Of a DNA stretch of 64,000 nt, positions 36,553 to 57,835 are shown in pieces (the stretch's first letter is position 1; every line of letters starts with the position of its first letter). The stretch covers positions 33,790,001-33,854,000 of the forward strand of contig NW_027266308.1 in assembly GCF_022045235.1 (NCBI RefSeq). The letters are read 5' to 3'. The position numbers and the translations under genes are program-made. Source of the DNA: Haliotis cracherodii. Lineage: Eukaryota. The notes beneath the pieces were generated by a model. The model did not search any database, had not been told where the DNA came from, and saw only the letters and a list, made by a program, of their open reading frames with translations.

Positions 36553-39500
36553 CACATTCCTTGAGATAATTGATCTATTATCGTAAGTATATTCCGCAGG
36601 ATCAAGTGTCGTCTGCTATATACAACCTAGGGCTGTTTTCCTCCCTGAGAAGACCTGGATTGCCGGTGGTTACATGAACTCGCTCGGCAAGACGTAATGG
36701 CCCGCCAAATGATCAATACATTTCTCTTCCAGGCTAGTTCTATAGTTGTCAGGACTCATGGCACCACCTCTCTCACTCGGCATCAAGTTACAGGCTTCTG
36801 CGCATGTCTAGAACAGAGGCAGACTACACGGGGCTTTCCGTCCAGCCTCGCGACACAATTAGGCCAGTGCGGGACGACAATCATGGATCATGTGTAGGGA
36901 ACTACTATGCGCTATTTTCACTAGCTATCTGTGCCGGGGGCGTGACTATTTTTACTGTAATCTAATCGCTGCATATTTCAGAGGTCACAACCTTCGTAGT
37001 CAGAGTGTGTTTATGAATCAACAATGGTGTTTTCGTCTTTGGGTATTAAAACACACAATACTTGTGTGTTTTATACAACGTTACAGGAGATTTTGATTGT
37101 AACATCTAAAGCATTTGAAATAACTATAAAAGTTCATCTGCATACACCTTACTCTATGTAGATATTTAAAGAAGTACACACAATGAATTGTCAACCTGAA
37201 ATATTAATATCTTGCAAACGTTCCATTTTGAAATTTTACACTGATACATGTTTCATGTATTTTGACTTCCACAAGGTATCCTTATGTACATATTCGATAA
37301 TGCTGTCTTTGGATAGATGCAGTTGGTAATTATTTTAACTGTCGCTATAAATCACTAGCTCATTGCTTAGAGCTAGCGCCAAAATATTATGCGTGTACAT
37401 ATATGCGTAGATGTTATTATTCCTTTGACAGTTCAAACAGGTTTCTATAACATGGGTTTCTTTTCAGCACAACACAATGATACAAACGCCTATTACATTC
37501 TACCAACAGATTGGACGTGGCGTTCCCCACGTGGTTATATCTAGTCTGTTTGTTAGCGTCAGTGTGAACTTCAAAGGCATAACTGTCAACTGAGAGGCAC
37601 ACACAATTGGAACAACAGGTCTATTTCAAGGTCTATTTCCGTACACAAAAATGTGAAATCTATTGTAATGCCAGTGATATGGGTCAGACAAACAATATAA
37701 CGCTTGTTTGTATCTAGATTTTGTACTGTTTCAGTCCTTAATAGGACACAAGGTAGCAGCCATACCATTGAGGATTTCAGAGCAGAATGGGTCCATTTTT
37801 ACAAAGCTCTTTGCACCATGCCTCCTGAGAATCACAAGGGCACAAACTGTGAAATGACTGATTTTGTGTGTTACCATAATCTGACAATGTGGAGGATCGC
37901 TTATGCAACCAGCATATATTTAGATGAGCCCTCTGGTTCGAGGTTTTAGGTAATTTAACTGAAGATCATTTTTAACTTGGAACCCTGCCCATTCAAATGT
38001 ATCAATAAGAGGTATCTTATATACAGTTAGACTAACTCAAATTTCACTGTAGGTTTTTAATCTATTCTCCCATGAGGACAACAGCACTTGACATGTTAGT
38101 TTTGAGGATTAGAATGGAATTAGATACCTGATTTTGACCAATCAGAATCAAGCATTCTACAGTGTCATGGCAGAATTTTCTTGTACCAGTCTTGAATATT
38201 TAAAAGACATCTGATATGACACAATCTGTGCCAAACAACTTTTGAGTCTAATGGAACCAGTCACTTGACATAATGTTTAGTAGGTTTTAGTGTTAATGTA
38301 TGAATGGACTTACAATAGCAAAGCTTACTGAAAGTAATTTTTGACTCAAGCTTTTGGACCAGTGGCTGAAGTCACAGACTGCACAAATAAAGCTGAAACA
38401 ACATTCTTGATTTTGCTTGGTTGGTTTGTTGTTTTGCGCTGCACTGAGCAATAATCCAGCTATATGGCGGCGGTCTCGAAATAATCGGATCTTGACCAGA
38501 CAATCCAGTGATTGATATCATGAGCATTGATCCACGCAATTGGGACCGATGGCATGCTTCAACCAAGTCAGCAAGCCTGACCACCCGATCCCGCTAGTTG
38601 CCTCTAACGACAAGCATAGTCGCCTTTTACGGCAAGGATGGGTTGCTGAAGACCTATTCTACCCCAGATCTTCACCGGTCAAAACAACATTCACTCAGCC
38701 ACTCATTATCACTGCTAGTGTTAACATAGTGTACCCATGTGGTTATCAAACAGGGTCTGAGTGTAGTCTTGATATTATGATAAGCCAACAAACCAAGTTT
38801 CTAATGTGAGTAGCAAGAAGTTGTCCTGTTGACTCATCTCCATGTCTGAAACACCTCCACACAATCAACAAACATAAAACCAAAGAGTTTGTTTTTTTAA
38901 TATCACTAGGTAGCTTTTTAACAAGATTGTGCTAAAACTTTCTCTCACTTCTAAGTAGTCCTTCTGACATGTTAATACTAAGTCAACAAATATTAGTACA
39001 CACACCAACACTGGTGGATCAGGAATACTCCAATAAATAAATACACTATACAAAATCATTTATGGCTTCAAGACTCAGAAGAGTCTGACTACAAAATAAA
39101 TAATTTCAACAATCCATATTATTTTTAATTGGTGTTCCAATTATAATTCTCTTTAATGAAATTTTTTTTTTACCTGGGGTTCCAGGTACTGCTATTATTT
39201 GATTCTAGAATAATAAAGACTGGGCCTGTCTGTATGGGTTCATGCAAGAAACAGCTTATGGGCTGTTTACACCAGGGACATTAACATAGTAAACACACAA
39301 GATAATTGAAATCACTCATATTGCTGAGAGTGTAAACACTGATATTGTCAGTTTTCTCTGCTTAATGATGCACCATGGGTATACCATTCTTCACTTAATT
39401 ACGATGTCATAAGATGTGTATCCTCACAACTCAAATGAAAGTTATTATCAAGAGAAATTAGATGTACCATATCTTAAAATAAAGCTGAAATTGCCAGGAA

Positions 39501-42209
39501 ATGCCACAACACAATATGGTGGGTAGCTATCCATATTCACAATCAATACCAAAACAAGGCACACTACAGGCAGAGGGACAGGAGGACCACAAGGTTCATG
39601 TCCCCAGAAGTGACCAACATCTTCCTGAAAGAAGACATGGATGACAACTTCTCTGTTTTTCATCTGGTTTAGGGCTGTTTAATCAGTCACTTCTTTATCT
39701 TATCACTGGGAAGTTTCATGGCTGTTTCCTCATAAAATAGAGACGATTTATGGATAACAACCTCTTTACTGTAGAGGCGATGTTTCAGAGTAGATCCTTA
39801 TACCGTTGTCAAACTTTGCCTTAACAGTAAATAAAGAAGTTGTTATCATGGTTATCCATAAATTATCGGTATTTTGTCATCCATCAACTTCAAAGTAATG
39901 GCTATCAAACAATTGTTTCTTCATAGTTTTGAAGTCACTTCTCATTTCACAACTTATTATATATTCATTTCATTATGTAAGGGCTATTTATTAATGGATA
40001 ACATATTTCACTGATGCTTTCCCTGGGAAAGTTCATGATTAATTCTTTTCTCAAATACTTTCTCATCTCACTGGGAAATTGAATGTCTATTATTGATGGA
40101 CAACGTCTTTACTATGTCCTTGTTATGTTTCAGAGTAATTTCTTAATTGATAACGACTCATAAATAGGCACATTTTAACCCTTTTGTAGATTTATAACAA
40201 TTACACTCTCATTCAAAAAATTACATGCCTTCCTGTTCTTACAGCCCATAAATATCTATCAAAAGACAATTTAAGTTCTCGTCACTTATAAGCAGCTTCC
40301 GTTTACTGAAACCCGTTCCTGGACAACCTGGAGGACATGAGAACAATGTGCTCTACTTACAACATAAAGCCTCTTACAAACAAAGAACTGTGCATGTTAC
40401 TACTCGTATAATGTTGAGCAAATCACGTGGAATAAACAGAACACTAATAATCAAAACTCATGCAAAATAGAGGTCACAGAACCCTGTATACTTCTGATGA
40501 TTGAATGCTTCCAGGAATGTGCAGATTGTCCTAATCATTGTGCAACAAATAGACATCATGGCCCCTGGTGGTTCAATGCTGCTTGAACAGTACATCAGTC
40601 AAACAACAGCCTGTCAGTTTATTGTTGGAGAAAAGGCCAGAGTGATAAAGTTGATTGTGGTAATAACACAAAACATGGACATGGGACTAGTACTGACAAA
40701 CCAAGGATAATAAAAATGGCTAATCTGGGATTCAAACCCAGACTCACCAGATCATGTCACCACAACTCTGCAGAGCAAATATCAGCACCTTTGACCACAT
40801 GGCCACCATGATCATTTTGAAAATCAATAATATGATTAACCTGAAGTACATACACACATTAAACAGAACACTGCAATGAAAATACATGATAATGAAATAT
40901 GTATTCATTTGTGATGTATTCATGATATTTTCAACATTCCAGGAATAACCAATAATGTTGCAATAATTGGCATGTAGCATACAATGAATATGTGTATCCT
41001 GGTGCTGACAATCTTTATAATCATTAAACATTTCTTCAACATAAATATTTATAAAGGCAACAAAAGACAGTATGGTGAAAGAAACAAAATAAATATCAAC
41101 AAGCAACTTGATAAATAAATCATAATTGTCATTTTGTGAAATAAAACATCAATAAGATTTGTTCAAATGTTCAAATATAATTTCTAATATTTCAATAGAC
41201 AGCAATTCGAATTGTAACAACAGCAAAAAATTCTGCTAAAATATGACGTAGGCACTACACTCAAAATCGAAATTTTAAACAATTTACCGCCCAAGAGAAA
41301 CAACTGCTTAACATGTAAATGAAAAAAATGACCTATAAACAAATGCATGACATCACTGTTACATGCCTTGAAAATGTTGTATACAAGGCCAAAAAGAATA
41401 ATAGTCTTGGCTCTCAGGCACTGCCTGCATCATCATAAAGTCTGCTGCACGTTACGTTTTATATTTCCATTTTTGAAATAAAAATACAAAAAATCCTAAT
41501 TCTTAAAAACAATGCGATCCACTATAGTACACAGTTACTTCCCTCTCCATGTGCAATGCCAAGCTTCTTCCCAGCGCGTGACACCTTCGTTACACTCTCG
41601 GTACATGCTTTCTAATGATGAAAAGGTATATATATATATATATATATATATTTAGGTAATTTACTTGAGATGGAGATTGGTCAGGACAAGGCCTTTTCAA
41701 AGCATGTTACCCTTTTTGGGGCAGTGGGTTAGCCTAGTGGTTAAAGCCTTCGCTCGTCACATGTGTACAATGTGTGAAGCCCATTTCAGGTGTCCCCCGC
41801 AGTGATATTGCTGGAATAATGCTAAAAGTGGCATAACACCATGCTCACTCACAGCCTTTTTATGGCAAAGTTGAATTTTAAGCTTGTGCAAACCCTAAAG
41901 AGCTATTACTACTCTAATACCACACAGACCAAACACCAGTCTTAGATTACATGCTTACAGCGCATCAAAATCTTGAAGAGACAAGCTCTGTGATCCATTG
42001 CACAAGCTCTGATCAACATCAACACATAGATGTAGACATGATACAGAAATAACACAAATAATGCCACAAGACACTTCAGTAACAAGACATGCCACAGACC
42101 TCAAATACAGATTATCTACAAAAATAATTTCTTTGTTTTCTAAATATATATTTCCCACAGAGCAAAAATGTGTGTGTTTGTTGAAATGCTACACTCAGCA
42201 ATATTCCAG

Positions 42210-42872
42210 CCATTCTAACCCAGAATCCCCATGGTACGACCAGCATAGTTTGCTGGGGACCTATTCTAACCCAGAATCCCAACGGTACGACCAGCACAGA
42301 TTGCTTGGGACAAATTCTAACCCAGAATCCCCAATGTACGACCAGCACAGATTGATGGGGACCTATTCTATCCCAGAATCCCCAAGGTACGACCAGCACA
42401 GATTTCTGGGGACCTATTCAAATCCAGAATCCCCAAGGTACAACCAGCATAGATTGCTGGGGACCTATTCTAATCCAGAATTCCCAAGGTACAACCAGCA
42501 CAGATTGCTGGGGACCTATTCTAATCCAGAATCCCCAATGTACGACCAGCACAGATTGCTGGGGACCTATTCTATCCCAGAATCCCCATGGTGCGACCAG
42601 CACAGATTGCTTGGGACCTATTCTAATCCTGAATCCCCAAGGTACAACCAGCATAGTTTGCTGGGGACCTATTCTAACCCAGAATCCCAACGGTACGACC
42701 AGCATAGATTGCTGGGGACAAATTCTAACCCAGAATCCCCATGGTACGACCAGCACAGATTGCTGGGGACCTATTCTATCCCAGAATCCCCAAGGTACGA
42801 CCAGCCCAGATTGCTGGGGACCTATTCTAATCCAGAATCCCTAAGATACAACCAGCATAGATTGACTAACCC
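42210..42872. repeat. 51-bp tandem repeat (~13 units) derived from the family-A head
   Basis: Unit TATTCTAACCCAGAATCCCCA(T/A)GGTACGACCAGCACAGATTGCTGGGGACC; gives the 17-aa periodic ORF 42061-42939. Confidence 0.95.
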
Positions 42873-44526
42873 AGCATCACCACTGGGGCATCATGGACAT
42901 AGGAAACATTTTTTCGATGCTGAAAATATCAACTATTGAGGAAAACATTTTGTGATGCTTGCTTTGATTACCTCTGCTTCATAACTACACCAAAGCACCT
43001 GTAACAAGAATGTTTAACAGCTGTCTCAAGTTTTAACCTGAAATCAAGTGGTACAGTGTATCAGGTATCTGTAACAGACTCAACAAAACAACAGTAGGAT
43101 ACACAACATAGGTTAGAGTAGAGAAAGACACGGAGTAATACTCCTGACATCAACAATATTCCACAGAGAGTCTGCAGCAGCAGTTTGGACATTCAGGCAA
43201 GTTGGGCGACACTCTTTTAATTTTTTTTCGTTTATGGACTCAACTGACAAGAGACAAAGTAGACACAATTTATGGATGACAACTTCTTTAGTAACCTTAA
43301 AGGCGACGTTTCGGCCACCTTAACAGTAAAGAAGTTGTTATCCATAAATTCTGTCCACTTTGTCAACCGTCAACTTCTCAGTAATGCCTATCAAACAATT
43401 GATTCGTGACAATACCAAAATCCACAAATTCAGTTATATTTATTCTATCACACTATCTTTAACATGTTTAATGGATTGGAAAACAGCTACAAAAATAAGC
43501 TGCTAACCCTTTACACTGATGAATGCATTGAATGTTTAGTTTCTGCCCTCTGCAAACCCATTATCATAAAGGCCTCCTCAAACAGGTACATACAGGTACA
43601 GTAGTGTTTGTACCGCACTCAGCAATATTCCAAACATATGATAGCAGTCTGTAAATAATCGAGTCTGGACCAGACAATCCATTGATTTATATCATGAGCA
43701 TCAGTCTGCACAAATAGGATACGAAGGCATGCATCAACCAAGTCAGCGAGCCTGACCACCCGATCCCGTTAGTGGCCTTTTATGGCAAGCATGGGTTGCT
43801 GAAAGTACAGTAGTGTAATGTAAATCATACAAGCACCATGCACTCGCAACAGGATTATCATTTATTTGTACGTATAAACCAACCAACGCAAACAAGTTTC
43901 TGCCTGAGAAAAACATAATAATGAGTTAAGCTAATTTTCTCTTTTTATTTTGACCTACTGAAGACAAAAGGTCAGCAGAAAATCAGTAAAACTATGAAAC
44001 AATGAAAGGATGCCCTTCCTTCCGCCATCACTATCCAGGTTAATGCACTTCAATTCAAACCATTTCACAGCTTCAAGCAGATCTGAATACCTGTTCCAGA
44101 CCAATTTTAGTTTTTCAGGATTTCTTTGTAATCATATATTGTTACAACTGATTTCACATTAATTTCTTCTATACAAATCCTTCAAATACACATTTTTTCA
44201 GAACACTGTAACAAAGACATAAGTTCAATTATGCTCAGCCTTCATGTTTCATTTTTCTTTGTAAAATATGTAGTCATTTTCGTTGATCTACCATAAAAAA
44301 CAACAACTATATATGCTGATTTTGTGAACATGTGTTATCTGTGAAAATGATGTGCCGGGTTCTAGAAGTATTTTACCTGGGGACCCATATTTAGCCCAGA
44401 ATTTATTTTCTGGGGTCAATGACCAAGGTGACCTTGAGTAATCCAGCATATTCTGTTTGTCTAAGTGTCTTAGCACAATTCAAATAGGTGGGTCATGACA
44501 TCCCTCAAGCACCAGGGATGAAAATA

Positions 44527-52484
<7,958 letters not shown>

Positions 52485-52768
52485 GGTCCCAAGTTGATTG
52501 CAACAATTTCAATTTTTGGTCAAGGTGGAAATCTAATAAAACATGGTATGGCACAAACTGCTGTGTGCTTCGATCAGCTGTTGATGTCTAAAACATCTTG
52601 TTGTGATAGTTGACAGATTCTCATTATTTTCCCGGAAGTAGAGATCTTTAAACAAGAGTTATCTTTTCTTCAACGTGCGTGCACATATATGGTTTATTTC
52701 ATCTTATACACGTGGTTCCGGTAATAATAAGTGACAGGTGACTGTCGAAGCCGGTTATAAATATAACT
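52485..52768. promoter_or_regulatory. Bidirectional promoter / 5' UTRs of LRRC57 and NTPCR
   Basis: Divergent ATGs 284 bp apart. ETS-type CCGGAAGT at 52632-52639, E-box CACGTG at 52709-52714, TTCCGG immediately after. Confidence 0.75.
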
Positions 52769-55700
52769 ATGGCAATTTCAGGAGCCAGGGCAAGACATGT
52801 ATTTTTGACAGGCACACCAGGTATATAAAAGGTTATTAAAATGGGGTCTCATGAAAAATGTGACATATTTGAGGGGGCCATGAAATGGGGGGAGTGAGAA
52901 GGTGTGTGCGGAGGAGGGGCCCAGGGTGGGGACAAAACGTGTAAACATGTTTTGCCGATATGCAAAATAAGCGATTTAAGAGAACCGTTTGCTTTCTTCA
53001 TATTGAATTGCATATTCAAACTTTAAGGTTTAAAAAAAATGCCAGACAGGCCCCTTAGAAAACTATAGCCCACGGGATAGCAGGCTGGCAGCAATTTCGA
53101 ATACTGATGTTGAAGTGATTGTCCGGCACAGCGATTTCCTCCAATATTGCAGTTTATCATCACTTGACCTCTAATTAGTCGCACATACATTGAATTGATC
53201 ATATGTAAAGGTTCAAAATCAACTGAAACTCTGCACACTCACCATGCATGTCATCATATCCCAGTTATGTAGATCTATGCTCATGGTGTCAATCACTGGA
53301 TTGTCTGGTTATCTGCCATCATAGAGGTGGAATATTGCTGAGTGTGGTGTTAAAAAACAAGCAAACAAATAATGGACAGTGTCATTCAGTTGGTGTTGTA
53401 TGTGTCAAACAGTTAGTTATGTCAAATTGTTTCACAGGCACATTCAAGCACTACACGACAGTGTTTAACTATTTTTTTATACAGGTATCTTTGAACTCAA
53501 ATTTAATTAACTCACCAAAATAACCCAAAATAGAACCTGGACAGCATTAATTTTAACCTTTGAGAACTTGAACATGTTGAACTCAGTCTATCATAAAACA
53601 CCACCACTTCCTACTCCCCTGATGTTTTGTTGTTCGTTGTTTGTTATTCTTCATCGAGAGCAATGTTATGAGTTTAGATTTGAATAGGATTAGATATGAG
53701 GTGCTGGCTTCTAAACTATGACTTTGCAACATTTCATAAAAGTTACGTGTTTTGTTATGCTCCATAGGGATTGGCAAGACCACCTTAATTCACAAGGCCT
53801 GTCAATCTCTGAATGAAGCAGGACTTCTTACTCAAGGCTTCTACACAGAAGAGGTCCGAGTTAATGGCAGGAGAACCGGTTTTGATGTCGTTACATTAAA
53901 TGGTAGAAGAGGACCCCTTGCCCGAGTCAGGTAGGCTGCTATTTCACTGTTAGGATGGATATATATTTGTTTTTGAGTACTTCTGCAAATAAGCTGAACC
54001 ACAATACAAAAGGAAATCGTCAAACTGCTGTCCTTTTTCATGCTGGGACTTAGAATAATCAAAGCATAAAATAATCTTGCAGTGAGCAGTGTGACACTTT
54101 CTCTGGGCGAAGAAGGGAGTACAGAGTGGGCCAGTATTCTGTGGACCTGCAGTCATTTGAACAAACAGCCATGCCTACCATCAACACCAGGGTGAGTTGA
54201 GGAGCTGGGAAACAGCTTCAGGAGTCTTGGGCTTCCAGGTTAGAGTAGGAATGAGATGACATGATGAAGTGTCACACATACCATGGGGTGTCAGTGGGTC
54301 ACAGTGACCCTTGAGTGAAGTGTCACACATACCATGGGGTGTCAGTGGGTCACAGTGACCCTTGAGTGAAGTGTCACACATACCATGGGGTGTCAGTGGG
54401 TCACAGTGACCCTTGAGTGAAGTGTTCAACCAGGTGATGAAGTACATGTGGTAAGAAGATGAATAAGAAGATTATATGAGAATAAGAATGAAACTATCCC
54501 ACACACTGTATATGTTTACTGATTGCATAAAGCAATATAACTTCTACAAGATCTTATTAAATTAATGTCATGCCACTTCTAAAAGATCTTATCAGTAATG
54601 TCAATTCCATCATCAGCATTATCACATGCATTTGTAGTCATCATCTGTTCACAGTCTAAGAATGATTCCTGGAACTATTGATCTAGTATGACAACATGTG
54701 TCAACTGCCAGTAGTCCCATGAGGGAATTATTATTTGAAACATACAAAATGTTATTTGAAGCATTAGCGGAGTCATCATGAGACCCGTGAAGATCCGGGG
54801 TAGAATAGGTCTTCAGCAACCTATGCTTGCTGTGAAAGGCGACTATGCTTGTCATAAGAGGCGACTAACGGGAATCGGGTGGTCAGATTTGCTGACTTGG
54901 TTGATGCATGGCATCTTATTCCAATAGCGTGGATCAATGCTCATGATGTCAATCATTGGATTGTCTTGTCCAGACTCCATTATTTACAGACTGCCGTCAT
55001 ATAGCTGGAATATTGCTGGAGTGCAGCTTAAAACAACAAACAAACAAACAAACATGTCATGATGGTATGTCAGCATAATTTGTACACTGAGTCAGGTTAA
55101 TACCAGATAGGTGAGTATTTTAAGGTTTAGTTAGGTGCTGTAATGAATTATTCCTCAGCTGGAACCATCACATTCCCCATTGTTTCCATCCTCTGTATCT
55201 CCAGGGCTCACATTCGGTAAACCTACACTAACCCCTGGATCCATCCCGTGGCTCTCACCATCTCAAATTACCCGTCCTTGATTTCTATTTGCCAATTTGC
55301 TTGGCTACACTACTAGGTCTAACATACCAATCAGAATACGAGTTACAAACCATCCTCAATGTTGGGTTGGCAATATCAACAACATGGCGGCCAGTCTCAT
55401 TAATTCTGATCGAGTTTGCGAGAACTTCAACATTGAAAAACTGACTGACACGCAAAAGAAAGCTCTAAAAATCTTATTGTTGAAAAGGATGCCATCATGT
55501 CCATTTGAACTGACAGTGGCATTAGTACCCCATTACCCTTTCCTTTGTGTCAACGTTCGATTGGTCCATAAAATGTTAAGGAAAATCAAGTGCCGCTAAT
55601 TTCAGATCGCGAGAACCATGGGAATGGATCCAGAGGTTCGTGTAGGTTTACCGAATTGCGAAGCCTGGAGATTTAGAGGATGCAGTGTTTCATGCCTAGT

Positions 55701-56977
55701 GAACATATCATTCCAGAGCGTTAGTCCAGGACAGGAACCAGTGTTTGTAATTGATGAGATCGGGAAGATGGAGCTGTTTAGTCAGTCATTTGTCCAGTCA
55801 GTGAGGGGCATCCTGGATAATCCCATGACAACTGTGCTGGCAACTATTCCAGTCTCCAGGGGAAAACCGATCTCATTTGTGGAGGAAGTGCGCAATAGAA
55901 AAGATGCAGTTGTCTACACGGTATACAGCTACAATATTTCATAACTTATTTGAGCAGTGGTATAGCTTAATGGCTGCTGGAATGTTGCTACAAACGATCA
56001 ACATATAGCAGATCAAAGGTCATATGCCAAGTCGTGCTTCTTTTCAAATGATAACCAAAGCTCCAGATATTTGATCCAGGAGTCTGATTTTGACTGGGTA
56101 TCCACAAGGTTTAATGGGTATTCAAAATAAATTTACTCACCTGTATAACGACATTTGGGTACTTTAATCTGTTTCGTAAATCATTTAAAACTCAATGAAT
56201 AGTAGTATTCCCATCTGCGTCTGCTTGCAGCTCCCTCTCCGGGAAGCCATCTTTGTTTGCCAAACCTAGCATTGTATGAAAGGTGCTATGTTTTTAATCA
56301 TTTAGGATACATTAATTAGGCACAGTGTGCTTTTCAATTGAAATCTATCGGTATTCAAGTTTGTTTGTCGCCCAATCTTTTGTAAACATAACTGTCAGTA
56401 CCAGTAAGTGAATTTCGCGATCGGCTGAGACGCAATCATTTTATGTAACTGTTGTGATGTACACAATCGTTTTATCTAATAGTTGTAACATATGTATTAG
56501 TTTTATTTCAATGGCATATTTATAGTTTCTGTTGAGTATTTGATACACTAGGAATTGATTTGTCTGCACATTTCAGTTTATTTGATGTATATTTTATGCA
56601 ACTACCCAGCTTATCTCGAGCTCTGGATAACTTTAAAAAACACCTCTGCTGGTCCTTAGAGGTGACTAAATGGATTAGGTGGTCTGGCACGGTGACTTGC
56701 ATCCATCATATCAGACACAGGATTATTTATTTACCACCATATCTCTAGAATCTTGTAAGTGTGGCGTACAACAAACACACAAACACACACACAAGACACT
56801 TATTCTCTCTATCGCTCACATGCAGTCACACATTTGAACACGCACCCATATCCCGTCTGAGCACAGAGTGAAGAAGAGTTCTGGTTGTGGTTTCAGGTAA
56901 CAAGGGAAAACAGAGACAACATTCTGAAGGAAATTGTGGAGTCGGTGAAGTGTTCAGTGGAGACCTTCAACTCTTGA
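52769..56977 (+). CDS. NTPCR: Cancer-related nucleoside-triphosphatase (THEP1/NTPase_1 family), 202 aa
   Basis: Exons 52769-52820, 53768-53930, 54083-54191, 55717-55920, 56897-56977. Walker A HVFLTGTPGIGKTT, GFYTEEVR..GRRTGFDVVTL, RVGQYSVD, Walker B VIDEIGKMELFS, C-terminal VTRENRD. Confidence 0.95.
54265..54425. repeat. 51-bp tandem repeat x3 in NTPCR intron 3
   Basis: Identical units GAAGTGTCACACATACCATGGGGTGTCAGTGGGTCACAGTGACCCTTGAGT. Confidence 0.95.
54782..55053 (+). mobile_element. Short retroposon family A in NTPCR intron 3
   Basis: Full head, internal ~22-bp duplication, (CAAA)n tail. Confidence 0.85.
55187..55682. mobile_element. Non-autonomous DNA transposon M3
   Basis: TIRs CATCCTCT.TATCTCCAGG...CCTGGAGATTTAGAGGATG; TSD cattgtttc/cagtgtttc. 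Confidence 0.82.
56056..56625. mobile_element. MITE related to 8037-8545
   Basis: CAAAGCTCCAGATA...TTATCTCGAGCTCTG with gataac on both flanks. Confidence 0.65.
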
Positions 56978-57602
56978 CATAATGGGATGTTGAGACCTCC
57001 AGATCGTGACACAATGTCATGTGGATGCCTACAGCTCGTGACACAATGTGATGTGGAGACCTCGAGATCGTGACACAATGTCATGTGGATGCCTACAGCT
57101 TGTGACACAATGTCATGTGGATCGATCCGAGACCTCCAGATTGTGACACAATGTGATTTGGGACCTCCAGATTGTGACACAATGTGAGGCCTACAGCTCG
57201 TGACACAATGTGATTTGGGACCTCCAGATTGTGACACAATGTGATGTGGAGACCTCCAGATTGTGACACAATGTCATGTGGAAGCCTACAGCTTGTGACA
57301 CAATGTCATGTGGATCGATCCGAGACCTCCAAATTGTGACACAATGTGATTTCTGACCTCCAGATTGTGACACAATGTGATGTGGAGACCTCCAGATTGT
57401 GACACAATGTGATTTGGGACCTCCAGATTGTGACACAATGCGATTTTGGACCTCCAGATTGTGACACAATGTGATTTTGGACCTCCAGATTGTGACACAA
57501 TGGGATGTGGAGACCTCCAGATTGTGACACAATGTGATGTGGATGCCTACAGCTCGTGACACAATGTGATGTGGATGCCTACAGCTCGTGACACAATGTG
57601 AT
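56957..57602. repeat. ~30-38-bp minisatellite in the NTPCR 3' UTR
   Basis: Units built on GACCTCCAGATTGTGACACAATGTGA / GCCTACAGCTCGTGACACAATGT, ~20 copies. Confidence 0.95.
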
Positions 57603-57835
57603 CAATGGTGATGTGAAGACCTTCGTTCCAGAGGCAGTCACAAACAAGATAGAGATAACTGGCATGGTTACTTTGCCCCAAAACATTTTGTCATTAGTGG
57701 GATGTGTTGGATTTTTCAAGATGAAAGACTTAGTGTCTTCAGGAGCTTTAATCATGTTGATTCCGTTTATGAAATGCTGTACTCCCTTATAGTATTCACA
57801 TTGTAAAACGTGGTGTTAAAGCATTTCAAAGTCCT

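Noticed and set aside
42061-42939. 292-aa ORF with a 17-aa repeat resembling a repetitive secreted or shell protein
   Set aside because: The 51-bp unit is a retroposon-derived satellite whose length is a multiple of 3. No signal peptide. Translation cannot be fully excluded without RNA data.
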